A DNA stretch of 36,036 bases from Octopus bimaculoides (GCF_001194135.2 NC_069001.1:1202680-1238715); one strand, 5' to 3'. Shown: positions 23,946 through 35,726, counted from the first letter of the stretch. The notes: generated from the sequence alone by a model not told the origin. Numbers and translations are program-made.

Positions 23946-24815
23946 GTCAGACACTGTCGAGCGTTGAACGGAATAAAATGCATCGTTTTTACGTTCTGCT
24001 TTCGAATCCGGCTACGGAGATCGATTATACAAAGTACCAAGTCAATAGGTCAACCACTGGTATCGATGCAATCAATATCTGTCATATTCACAAGCTTCTG
24101 CCTGTGTGTATAAGGACTGTAAACCTACCAACACCGTTTCTCTATCCCCCCCCTTTTTTTGTAATTTGCCCTTACATGTGCCCTCGTTGAACACCCTTGT
24201 GGCAAAAACCAAAGTTGTATTAGTAGTAGTAATGATGATAGTGATGGTGGTGGTGGTGGTGGTAATATTATATAAGGAAGGTTTTATCTGAGCTTATATA
24301 TATATATATTGTTCATAGCTTTGCTTAGGCTAAGCCAAGCTAGTTATCTGCTTGTCAGCATGTCGCTTATGTCAGTCAGACAATCGCACACACACACACA
24401 CACACACGTGCGTCTGCATTATATACGTTTTTGATAATGATCGGTGTTGGGCTGGATGAAGACTTGTGTATCTGTGTTTAGATATTTAATCCTCGACGTT
24501 GACGCTGATACAGCAGATCATATACAATGAAATTTACTCGGTGGTTCCACGTAACGTATCAACTAAGCAGCCGTCGTGCGTTCAATTCCTACACGGTGTT
24601 CGCTCTTCACACACACACATACACACACTTTATAATGCCTTAGTTTTAAATCTCTCTCTATATGTGTGTGTGTGTTTGTAGGAAGAAAGGTAGCTCCAAG
24701 CAATCGATAGTAAATATAAAAAACAACTTTCAGAGTTTATTGAGACGGAAGGTTGTGGATGTTTTTCGCATCGAAGTACCATAAACTTAAAAAAGGTTCT
24801 TTTTGAATTTCATGG

Positions 24816-24907
24816 TAGGGCGACCAGGGTTGCATAGCGAGCGGAACCTCAGAAGAGGTAAATATCCCAGCTAGGTGCATACCGCAGGCTATCCTCTTCA
24901 GGCCAAG
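24816..24907 (-). ncRNA. Decayed second hammerhead-like motif with long stem II
   Basis: Minus strand UUGGC-CUGAAGA-GGAUAGC...(long insert)...GCUAUGC-AA-CCCUG-GUC^-GCCCUA. Stem II GGAUAGC/GCUAUGC pairs with one G-G mismatch, the GAAA box is damaged, and stem I is only 3 bp. The 3' part (GCAACCCUGGUCGCCCUA) resembles the upstream hammerhead (GAAACCUUGGGUAACCCUA). Confidence 0.4.
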
Positions 24908-25013
24908 GATATCTTGATTAGATGAAAGTTCACATTGTCATAAGGTGGTACATGTTAACGCATGGAAGATTCTAACAGAATATGTTTAGAGAATGTTAGT
25001 TATGGCCTGTTGA

Positions 25014-25063
25014 TAGGGTTACCCAAGGTTTCGCGTCCATAAAGCGCACCTCGTCAGACCCTA
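25014..25063 (-). ncRNA. Type I hammerhead ribozyme
   Basis: Minus strand UAGGGU-CUGACGA-G-GUGCGCUUUAUGGACGC-GAAA-CC-UUG-GG-UA^-ACCCUA. Stem I is a perfect 6 bp (25063-58 with 25019-14), the CUGANGA and GAAA boxes are intact, stem III is ACC/GGU with a 3-nt loop, and the cleavage triplet is GUA (cut between 25020 and 25019). Stem II is imperfect. Confidence 0.75.
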
Positions 25064-25163
25064 ATGGGCAATTCTATGAACCGGTCAGAACTAACATTCT
25101 CTAAATACCCTTGTTTCTATAACTTAGAGTGTGCTTCTCTTTCGGATTTATGATTTACTGACA

Positions 25164-25207
<44 letters not shown>

Positions 25208-25864
25208 CGTTAAAAAGAAAGTGACTTGGACTTCCTCCCCCCACTCCAGTTTACGATTTGGTGCTATATAAAGTTAGTAGGCAGCCTCTTACACCATCCC
25301 CCGTATTCTCTCTCAAACACACACATAATCATCCCCTCCCTATTTATATACTGTATACACACGCACACACACACATACACATATCCACTACCATCATCAT
25401 CATCGTATCATCAGTCGTAATCTTTATATTAATGCACCGAAGTTGGCAAACTAGAAGCCGTTGAATCAGCATCACTGCTGCCACCATCACCATCGTCTTT
25501 ACTCTTGTGTGCCAACAAGGGCGCCCTCTATGATGCAGTTACTCAACCCTGTAGGAACAGAGTAAAATTTCTTATCGAATGACACCCTTTTGTCTGAAGA
25601 CAAAAAGGACATGTTTGACAAAGGTTTAAGAAATTTAAAAATAAATAAACTTTAATGTAGGCCTAAACAAAAACACTTAAATGTAGTCACAGAGAGATAC
25701 AGATGGTTAACTACAAACCTTAGAAATATTTCATAAGGTTCAATAAATATATTTCTCTAATAATCATAAATGGTAAAAGATTTATCAAATTTTTAAACTC
25801 CAATGCAATTTATGGCCCGGCTTATTATGCTTGTATGTGTGTGTATGTATACATACACACATAA

Positions 25865-26282
25865 GCTTCCATATCATCATCATCATTTGAACTTTCACTT
25901 TTCCATGCTTGCATGGGTCAGGCAGTGTACTGAGGTAGATTTTCTATGTCTGGATGCCCTTCCTATCACCAACCCTCACCTCTTTCCAAGCAAGGTAATA
26001 TTTCCCCACAGCCAGACATCTTTTCGCAGCATATTGGAAATGAACGACACTGCTTGTATGACAGTGACACTCATTTACAACTGTCACATGATGTCAAGAC
26101 ACACACATATATAAACAATAGGCTTCATTCAGTTTCCCTTCTACCAAATCCAATCACAAGACTTTAGCTGGGTTGGTGCTCTAGATGAAGACATTTACCC
26201 AAGGTGGTACACAGTGTGACTGAACCCAAAACCTCATGGTTGGGAAGCAAGCTTCTTAACCGCAAGTCCATCTGCACCTGTC
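25865..26282 (-). mobile_element. Composite SINE: family B head/body joined to a family C (GAT)n-tailed 3' module
   Basis: 26118-26282 is a reverse family B. 25865-26000 contains CATCATCAT...TTCCATGCTTGCATGGG...CTGGATGCCCTTCC (reverse family C tail). Confidence 0.75.
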
Positions 26283-26532
26283 TATGTGTATCTATCTGTC
26301 CAAATATATATACATACATACACACAAATACATACATGCACATGCATGTCTAAGCATATGTTTATATATGTGTGTGTATTGTATATATATATGTCTGTAT
26401 GTGTATATATATATATGTGTGTATATGTATGTATGTATTCAGTATCTTGGTCAACTTATTGACAACCAATGATGCTGGGACTATATGTGTTGAGTGAAAT
26501 GTATTGATGATATTGATTTGTCTAGGACCTCA

Positions 26533-26579
26533 AGTTTCACCTTTAACGGCTGATTGAATAAGCCATTAAAGGTGAAACT
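26533..26579. repeat. 19-bp inverted repeat with 9-nt loop
   Basis: AGTTTCACCTTTAACGGCT / AGCCATTAAAGGTGAAACT (18/19). Confidence 0.9.
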
Positions 26580-26989
26580 ATAGGTATGTGTGTGTGCGTG
26601 TGTGTATTGGTGTGATAAAAATTTATAAACTTGGAGAGCGTGAAATAATTTTTTTTTTTTTGGAACAGTGAATCTTGATGCAGATAAAACTATAAATAAT
26701 ATGGGAAGAGACATGTGGGATGGAGGGTCGCTGAAGAGGTCACATGTATGACAAAAGATTTCCAGATAATGGACATAAAATAAGAACAATAAAAAGCAAG
26801 TGAGGAATGAATATATAGTGTGTGTGTTTATTTAGCAATGAAATGTAACGGTAATACTATGGAAATATTGGGTTAAAAAGAGAAACATTGCAATACAAAA
26901 AGTCAAAGGCTGCTTTCAACTTTTTAGCCCATTCCAAAGGGTTTCTTAACCCATTCCAAAAAAATGAATTATATCCATGTGTGTGTGTT

Positions 26990-27365
26990 CCCTTTCTCTT
27001 TTAGAATAAATTTTCACCAGCTTCCTATTTGGTCGCCAGGCTGTAAAGGAAAGTATCTTGTTTTAAGCATCATCCTATGGTAATCATTTGTAGTGTATGA
27101 ATTAAGGATTTGCGTACTCTCCCAAAGTTCCTAAGTTCAGCCATACTTTACCCCAGACGAGTTGCTATGTGACCTGTTGCTCCAATAATAATAGGTATGA
27201 AATTGTGTTTCTTGGGTTCTGGATTTGCAAATTCCTTATCAATGGTTCATACATGTTATCTTTCTCTTGTATTTTTCTAACCACATTGGTGTCCAGAGGG
27301 CAGCTCATTTCCACAACATATGTACAAAGGCGTTGGACCAAAGGCGTTGTTGATCTCTGTACCCA
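26990..27365 (-). mobile_element. 5'-truncated RLE-type (R2 superfamily; R4/NeSL/Hero-like) LINE: decayed endonuclease C-terminus plus 3'UTR
   Basis: Minus translation QRLCTYVVEMSCPLDTNVVRKIQEKDNMYEPLIRNLQIQNP /frameshift/ FIPIIIGATGHIATRLG*SMAELRNFG matches the pattern of the restriction-like endonuclease C-terminal half (E-x-S-C-P-x-D-x-N...EK...Y...IP-I-I-G-A-x-G). Confidence 0.75.
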
Positions 27366-28068
27366 TTTTTCTAGGCATCTTTATTTCTAGTGCTGCTACT
27401 GTTCTGTCGAAGCCCCTTAAATCTTACAGGGCCAAATGTGTTTGTCTACATATTCTATTCTTTTCCTTTTCACTGGTTTCTATCATAGGATTGTGGCCAT
27501 TCTGGAGTGCAACCTTTAAGGATCTAAAAGTGTATATCGTCAACCCTGGCACACATTGGTATCTCAATTTATTTATTGACTACACAAAGATCAAAGGCAG
27601 AATTGGAGTTTGGAAAGGCAGGAATCAAATAGCCCAAAGTATGTTCTTGTATTTGAATCAATGATCATGTCATCTCTTGCTAATATACTTTGGAACATCT
27701 GATGGGCTTCTGTACAAGATTCCATCTAGCAAATTTCGTTCACAAGACTTTGGTCAACTCCAGGCTAAGATGGAAACCATTAAAGCAAAGTGCTGCATGG
27801 GGGAATTGAAGGCCCCCCGAAACCCTTTGGCTATGGAAGCAAACTTCTTAACCACACAACTGCGATTTGTGTCGTGGAAATTAGGCAGAGAGAGAGACAC
27901 TTAGACATGATCAAGGTAAAGTCTTGTTACATGCTGCTTACGTTAATGGAGTTCTTATGTTGAATGTCAACACAGATCCATACCCCCACACACGCAGTCA
28001 TGCTGCTAGCACAGGTCTATTGCATGCATGTCTGTCTGTGTGTATGCATTATTCATGTGCTTGTCAGT

Positions 28069-28138
<70 letters not shown>

Positions 28139-28734
28139 NNNNNNNNNNNNNNNNNNNNNNNNNNNNNNNNNNNNNNNNNNNNNNNNNNNNNNNNNNNNNN
28201 NNNNNNNNNNNNNNNNNNNNNNNNNNNNNNNNNNNNNNNNNNNNNNNNNNNNNNNNNNNNNNNNNNNNNNNNNNNNNNNNNNNNNNNNNNNNNNNNNNNN
28301 NNNNNNNNNNNNNNNNNNNNNNNNNNNNNNNNNNNNNNNNNNNNNNNNNNNNNNNNNNNNNNNCTCAATGTGTGTATAGACATCAATTCAACAATCCAGT
28401 ATACAAACTGATATACAAGCACCCAAGTGCACCACTAGCAGAGCTTTATTCCATGGATGTATGACTGTATGACTATGCATCTGTGTGTATGTCTCTTTAT
28501 CTCTCTCTCTCTCTCTCTCTCTCTATGTAATATATAATACATATGCATATGTGTGTATATAAACAAGCTTGTAAACATATATGTGTGTGTGTGTGCACAC
28601 ATCAATTTTCTAAACGATTTCTGTCTGTCTCTCGTTCTTTAGGCATCAGTTCCTGATACGGAAGATGTAGTTTCTCCTCAAATAAACTCCTCATACGTTC
28701 ACACTATCTTCTTAGACAAACTCCTTGTATACTA

Positions 28735-28771
<37 letters not shown>

Positions 28772-28829
28772 TCCCCCTCTCTTTCTCTCTCTCTCTTTCT
28801 ATATGTGTGTATGTGTGTGTATACATGGA

Positions 28830-29470
28830 TGCTGTTACCATGGGAACTTAGTGACATTTAGCAACTCTTTGCAGACATCTGCTGTGTCAGACCTGCTGTT
28901 GTCATGGCTACATGTGTTGCAACCTGCTTTTGCACAGCTGTTTTCTATCCGACAACTTCCTTCTCCTGCTCATCACCACCATCATCATCGTCATCATCAT
29001 CGTTATCACCTTTGTCAGCATCATCATCATCGTCATGACCACTGCTATCATCACTTTTGTTATGAATATGTGTTGTTGCCACAACAGCCTCCAATATCCT
29101 CACCACCACCACCACTGTTGTCTTCATCACCATCACCATCATTTTTGTCAGCATCAGCATCATCATCATCATCATCATCTGTGCTGTCATTTTTGCAGTG
29201 TTGATGTTGATCATTATTTGTATTGACAGTTCTGATTGTCATCACCACATAAACAAGATGCTGTTATCACTGCCATCCCCACCACCATCATTATCCTCAT
29301 TATTCATGCAATACCCTCTGTGGACAACTGCTACCACCACCTCCACCATCACCATTGTTCTTACTACTACCACTACTACCACAGCCACGTCCACTCTTAG
29401 CAGTATTCTCATAAATAACGCTGACCACTGTTGCACCGCTACCAAAGGCATTCCCCATAATCATCACGCA
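28830..29470. repeat. Cryptically simple (CAT/CAC/TAC)n low-complexity tract
   Basis: Interrupted trinucleotide runs produce His/Ile/Thr-rich pseudo-ORFs in all frames. Confidence 0.85.
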
Positions 29471-29765
29471 CACACATTTACGTTGTATGCACATTTCAAT
29501 GCGTGCATTTATATGTATGAATGTGTATTTGCGCATGTATGTTTGTTTGTATATTTCTCTCTCTAATATATATGTGTGTGTGTTTGTTTGTGTGTGTGTA
29601 TGCATATATATCTATATGTATACATTAATCCCTTTCCATATCGCGGTTCACCTATTGCTGTATATTATTTAATCTTATGTTGATTCCTCCATGGTGTTGT
29701 TTTGCATTTATAATAAAAAAGATATTTACAAATTATAAAAAATAATAAAAAAACAATATACAATA

Positions 29766-29926
29766 CAGTACTGTTTCTACTTTGCAGACTTTCGCCTATC
29801 GGCGGGGTTTTGGAACGAGATACCTGTGATAGTCAAGGGATTGCTGTGCACTAAAGCACTCAATTCATCAAGTAGAGTGTATATTAATTTATTTAATGAC
29901 AGGTGACTCTTACAGAACTAGTACTG
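29766..29926. mobile_element. Possible Tigger/pogo-like MITE remnant
   Basis: TA|CAGTACTGTTTCT ... AGAACTAGTACTG|TA (11/13 inverted match). Internal TTCGCCTATCGGCGGGG...GATAGTCAAGGGATTGCTG resembles pogo-type subterminal repeats. Confidence 0.35.
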
Positions 29927-29954
29927 TAGCACTCCTGGTGAATTCATCATCTGT

Positions 29955-29956
29955 AG

Positions 29957-30042
<86 letters not shown>

Positions 30043-30260
30043 GTGTGTGTATATATATATATATATGTGTGTATATATATGTGTATATATATGTGTATAT
30101 ATATGTGTATATATATGAATATATATGTGTATATATATGTATATATATGTATGTGTATATGTGTATATATATGTGTATGTATATATATATATGTATATCT
30201 ATATGTGTGTATATATGTATATATGCATATATATATGTATATATATATATGTGTGTGAAT
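29955..30260. repeat. Compound (TA)n/(TG)n microsatellite; representative of dozens across the window ((TA)n, (CA)n, (GA)n, (ATCT)n, (CAT)n, (AAT)n, (CTT)n, (CAC/TAC)n)
   Basis: Direct reading. Other examples: 1-45, 495-570, 5045-5125, 8470-8545, 20975-21025, 23150-23195, 31319-31382 (16-mer x4), 31460-31586. Confidence 0.98.
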
Positions 30261-30299
30261 TTGTATATATTAACACACAAGAAGCCTGCTTCCCAGATG

Positions 30300-30446
30300 C
30301 AGGCATTGGTTCCGTAGTAAGGAATTTGCTTTGCAACCACATGGTTCTGGTTCAGTCCCTGGGCCAACTAAATCCTGAGTTCTTCCACCCCTTGACAGCT
30401 CATGTCCAAGGTGCCATGCAGTGAGACTGAACCCAGAACCATGTGA

Positions 30447-30447
<1 letters not shown>
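30300..30447. mobile_element. Two family B SINE heads in inverted orientation
   Basis: CACATGGTTCTGG-TTCAGTC (30338-57) and GACTGAACCCAGAACCATGTG (30425-45) are reverse complements apart from one indel. Confidence 0.7.
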
Positions 30448-30484
<37 letters not shown>

Positions 30485-30959
30485 GAAAAATGGTTGACAA
30501 ATGAGCAGAAAATGTATACACTTGTGAAGTCCATATAGTTGTGGGTCACCAAGGACTATTCCACTTCCCTAGGGTCAATGCCACAAGGAAATGCATACAG
30601 TACATTCTGTAAAGTGGTTGGCAGTAAGATGGGGATCTGGCCCTAGAAACCAAGCTAAATGGCATGTATGAATGCCAATTCTGTGGTAGTAGCAGCTCTC
30701 GTTAACAGATAAATTAGATAATGTATAATCCATCCAGTCATTGCCGGTGCGGATAGCAGGTGTAAGATGATGGTAATGGTGGTATATGTATATATGTGTG
30801 TCCAAAACTTTGGGGTACTTATTGTGTGTGTGTGTTGCTATGGAAAAAATTGCTAAATATGTAGAAATAGTCGTGTTTGCATGATACACACACCGATATT
30901 ATATAAATATTTAAAAACAATTATTGTTATATTATTTCAATCTTTGTGAATTTATAAGC

Positions 30960-30995
<36 letters not shown>

Positions 30996-31037
30996 TTTAT
31001 TTGATATATATTTTTTGCCTTTCTTGTCTCACACACT

Positions 31038-31091
<54 letters not shown>

Positions 31092-31546
31092 TACACGCAT
31101 ATATACATATATATGCAAACACACTCACTCGTGTATCTGCAGATCTCTCTATCTGTAATAGGTGTATATATAAATATATATATATATATATATGTATGAA
31201 TAGAGAAGCAGAACCTCACAAACACATGGCTGTCTCTTCATCTCTCAGTCTATCTGTCTCTATCTACACTACTCACAAACAGACATGCATGCACCTATGT
31301 ATATCATATGTTTGTATATTCATGTGTATATATATTCATGTGTATATATATTCATGTGTATATATATTCATGTGTATATATATCTGTCTGTGTGCATGTG
31401 TGTATTTATGCAATCACTGTACTAACGGCAAGCTTGTGACAGGTGGATCTATAACAGTCACAGCTACTACAACTACTACTACCACCACCACCACCACCAC
31501 CACCACCACTACTACCACCACCAGTACTACTACTACTACCACCACC

Positions 31547-31586
<40 letters not shown>

Positions 31587-32281
31587 NNNNNNNNNNNNNN
31601 NNNNNNNNNNNNNNNNNNNNNNNNNNNNNNNNNNNNNNNNNNNNNNNNNNNNNNNNNNNNNNNNNNNNNNNNNNNNNNNNNNNNNNNNNNNNNNNNNNNN
31701 NNNNNNNNNNNNNNNNNNNNNNNNNNNNNNNNNNNNNNNNNNNNNNNNNNNNNNNNNNNNNNNNNNNNNNNNNNNNNNNNNNNNNNNNNNNNNNNNNNNN
31801 NNNNNNNNNNNNNNNNNNNNNNNNNNNNNNNNNNNNNNNNNNNNNNNNNNNNNNNNNNNNNNNNNNNNNNNNNNNNNNNNNNNNNNNNNNNNNNNNNNNN
31901 NNNNNNNNNNNNNNNNNNNNNNNNNNNNNNNNNNNNNNNNNNNNNNNNNNNNNNNNNNNNNNNNNNNNNNNNNNNNNNNNNNNNNNNNNNNNNNNNNNNN
32001 NNNNNNNNNNNNNNNNNNNNNNNNNNNNNNNNNNCTTTCTTCTCGTATTTTTTCCACCCCCTCATGCCTGAAAGTCCCGTTGTTGTTGTTGTTAATCGAC
32101 ATGCAACCAACCCACCAGCCAACCAGCCAACCAGTAACCAACCAACCAGCCAGCCAATCTGCCAGTTCTCTATGGAAAAAAAAAAAAAATAGATGATTTG
32201 TTGGTTTCGACTTTTTTTTGGTTTTCTAACTTATTAGGCTAGATGCAAAATACAAGCTAATAATGATAATAACTTCTATTA

Positions 32282-32461
32282 TCGGCACAAGGTGTGAAAT
32301 TTTGAGGTAAGGGACTAGTTGATTATATCGACCCCAATGTTTCACTGGTACTTAATTCATCAAGAGGATGAAATGCAAAGTTGACCTCAGTGGAATTTGA
32401 ACTCAGAACGTGAAGCCAGACGAAATGCCGCTAAGCATTTGGCCCAGTGTGCTAACGATTC
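32282..32461 (-). mobile_element. SINE family A copy
   Basis: Reverse complement of the 4537 element: ATCGACCCC...GCAAAGTTGACCTC...AATTTGAACTCAGAACG...GTGCTAACGATTCT. Confidence 0.85.
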
Positions 32462-33220
32462 TATAATAATAATAATAATAATAATAATAATCATGATGAT
32501 GATGATAATTTCTCAACCAGGAAGAGAACCTGGCATCTTTCCGTCTTTGTCTCTCTGTTTCTCTTCCCCCCCCTCTCTCTCTCTAACTTTGAGTCTCACT
32601 TTGTCTCTCAATCACCTTTCTCTCTATTTTGCTTTTCTCGCTTTATGTCTCTCTACTTTCTCTTTCTCTTTCCTCCATTTCTCTCTTTCTGTCTGACTCT
32701 TTGTCTCTCTCTCTCTCTCTCTCTCTCTCACTTCCTCTCTGTCTCTCTCCCTCTCTTTCTGTCACTTCCTCTCTGTCTGTCTGTCATGTCTCTCTCTCTC
32801 TTGCTCAGCTGTTGCTACTGCTGCCATCACAATCAATGCAGGTGTCTCATTTACAACTTACCTGTGTCTTTGATTACCTGAGCCGAACAAATTTCAGTCA
32901 CTCTAGTTGTTCCATGAGTTCATGCATGTATGTATGTATATGTACATGTATATGTATGCATTTGTGGCGCTTTGTGTGTATCTGTCCTTCTATTTACGTA
33001 TGTGTTTATGGCTTTGTGTCTCTGTGTGTGTCTACACATGCATTTATGGCATACATATGCATGTGTGTATGTGTTTGTGACATATTGTCTGTCTTTGTCT
33101 TCACACACACACACACACGTGACATTGTCTGACTTTATCTGTCTGTTACCAACACAGACATATACATGCTCTCACTAATATACACACAAGCAAACACTTG
33201 TACATAGGAAGTTCAAGCGC

Positions 33221-33261
<41 letters not shown>

Positions 33262-33725
33262 GTCATCTCGGCAGTGTTTGACTTTCAGTCTGTTACCTAA
33301 ATATACACACACACCTACACACACATACACACTGATGTACAGATGTATATATGTATAGACACAAACATACATGTAGACATGCAGACATATTCATATGTGC
33401 ATACACATACACAGACGCAAGCACAGTCACATACACTCAAATACACTCTTGCAGACATTATACACACACACACACACACACACTCACTCACTCATACAGA
33501 TATATACACTTGCACAGACATATACTACTCACATAGATTTATATACACTCACACAAACACATACACATTCAGATACATACATATATATAACAGCTCATAA
33601 ATATATATATATATAGATATATATATATATATATATATATGCAGGCAAGCGCTTGCAGCCACATAAACACACATACAAATACACATGTATACACACACAC
33701 ATACAAACTTCCTCTCTCTTTCATG

Positions 33726-33767
<42 letters not shown>

Positions 33768-34145
33768 GGACAGACTCGACTGCTCCTGATAGTATTGAAG
33801 CAGACTTCATTGACTTTTCCTTCCTAATACAACAACAACAAACAACGACTGCATCTCTACATGGCTGCGTGGTTAAGAAGCTTTGCAGTCGTGCAATCAT
33901 GTGAATCCTGGTTCAATCCCCTTGCATGGCATTTTTGGGGGGGGGTGCTAGTGTCTCTTACTAAAGTGGAATTTGATTGAAGGAATTGGTGTGAGAGGCT
34001 TGTATTGTGTGTAGTTATCTCCCTTGTTTTTTTTTCTTAGACTTTGACCCCCCCCCCCGCCATAAAAAAAGGATTCTTGTCTTCAAATTGCAAGGATAGT
34101 CGTCTCAATAATAACAGCTTTTCCACTCCTTACATTTCATATATG

Positions 34146-34300
34146 CTGTGGCTCTATGGTAAGCAGTTTGCTTGCCAACCTTATGGTTTCAGGTTCAGTC
34201 CCACTGCGTGACACCTTGGGCAAGTCTCTTCTATTACAGCCTTGGGCTGACCAAACCCTTGTGAGTGGATTTGGTAGACAGTAACTGAAAGAAGTCCATT
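34146..34300 (+). mobile_element. SINE family B copy
   Basis: GGTAAGCAGTTTGCTTGCC...GGTTCAGTCCCACTGCGTGACACCTTGGGCAAGT...GTGGATTTGGTAGACAGTAACTGAAAGAAG. Confidence 0.85.
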
Positions 34301-34351
34301 GTGTGTGTATATATATGTGTGTGTGTATATATATATATATACATACTCTTC

Positions 34352-34530
34352 TACTTGTTTCAGTCATTTGACTGCAGCCATGCTGGAGCACCACCTTTAG
34401 TTGAATAAATCAACCCCAGGACTTATTCTTTGTAAGCCTGGTAGTTATTCTATTGGTCTCTTTTGTTGACAGGGATGTAAACACACCAACATCGGTTGTC
34501 AAGCAATGGTGAGGGGACAAACACAGACAC
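34352..34530 (+). mobile_element. Repeat module X, second copy
   Basis: TTCAGTCATTTGACTGCAGCCATGCTGGAGCACCACCTTTAG...ACACCAACATCGGTTGTCAAGCAATGGTG. Confidence 0.8.
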
Positions 34531-34550
34531 AAACAACAAACACATACATG

Positions 34551-34590
<40 letters not shown>

Positions 34591-35468
34591 CATATATACA
34601 TATACATACAGTGAATTCCCTCCTATCCTAACCCTAACCTTATCTAGGTTGCTGTGGTAACTGAATTTTCCAGGTATTTGATCATCACTTTTTGAATTAC
34701 CATGGCACCTTAAAAAACTTCATTAAACTCTATGTATACACCAGTGTTATCATTAATATTCTGAATATTGTAGAAATTAGAAAAATAAGCAGCAGCTCAG
34801 AATGGCCGAAGCATTGACTAAACTACCTGCATTATATGTTAGCTGTTGGGGCTCTACATTCTTCAAAATTTCTCTGTTTCCTGAAATTCAACTCCACCTG
34901 GTGCCTCCCTGTTTATTTTCAGAAATTTTTGAAAAACTTCCCAAATGACTCATTCCCTCTTCATTTCCTGTGCATTTATTCTATGTCCTGTTCATGCACC
35001 TTTGGCTGTTTTTTTTGATGAGTTGCAACGCACCTGAGAACTGTATGCGATAAGCTCATTATTATTATTATTATTATTTAAGTGAAGAACATCTTTTGTT
35101 CAACTCATAAAACACAGGTGCAGTAAACAGTAAAACAAAACATACTGTCCTTTTGAGAAGCAACAATTCATTTTAGATACAGAGTAGAAACTTACTTTTA
35201 ATGACAATTAATTAACACAAATTAGCACAAGTTCTCTTGACTTTAATTAACAACATATTTAAAAAGAAAATATTTCCCCAGTGCTCGTTGCTTGAGTGTT
35301 TTAGTTATTTGAGTACTGGACAAGGGGAAGTTTACTCTGTGTGTGTGTGACGTTGATAGACAAGTGTCCTATCCATGAGAAGATTTATCTCTCATCACAG
35401 GCTGTCTGTTGTGGTACAACCTAATTATCTGGGGGCATTACCTGAAATCAGCTGGTGTCACTCTAAGG

Positions 35469-35726
35469 GAGGCATTCTCAACCAGGTTCCATGTGAGCCT
35501 TGGAGGTTCATAGATTTCGATAAACTTCATCTGCAATAAAAACGGTTCTACTTCAACAATACACAACATATTTAAGCCTTTTTTTTTTTTCAATAAAATT
35601 CCTAATAACATTTAATTATAAAAATTTAATAGTTTTTGGACATCAGATGACAAGGAAGTTCCTCATCACCCCTGAGTAAATAGGGATCAAAGGGGTCCCT
35701 AGGCAACAAATGGTTGAGAATCACTG
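35469..35726. mobile_element. hAT (Charlie-like) MITE, 258 bp
   Basis: Perfect 8-bp TSD CTCTAAGG (35461-68 and 35727-34). 15-bp TIRs GAGGCATTCTCAACC / CAGTGATTCTCAACC (12/15). Confidence 0.85.

Noticed and set aside
4959-32141. Long ORFs containing X runs (e.g. 4959-6248, 16947-17867, 30965-32071)
   Set aside because: They are open only because they span N gaps.
32856-32920. Minus-strand CAG|GTAAGT donor with short open frame TRVTEICSAQVIKDT
   Set aside because: No convincing polypyrimidine acceptor and no other minus-strand exons were found.
418-34607. Most ORFs in the six-frame track (YIYI, THTH, CVCV, poly-H/I/D/T peptides)
   Set aside because: They are translations of di- and trinucleotide microsatellites, open in several frames at once.
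34620-34645. CCTAACCCTAACC telomere-like hexamers (also about 14508-14520)
   Set aside because: Only about 2 units; more likely part of a Helitron-like or other repeat than an interstitial telomere.
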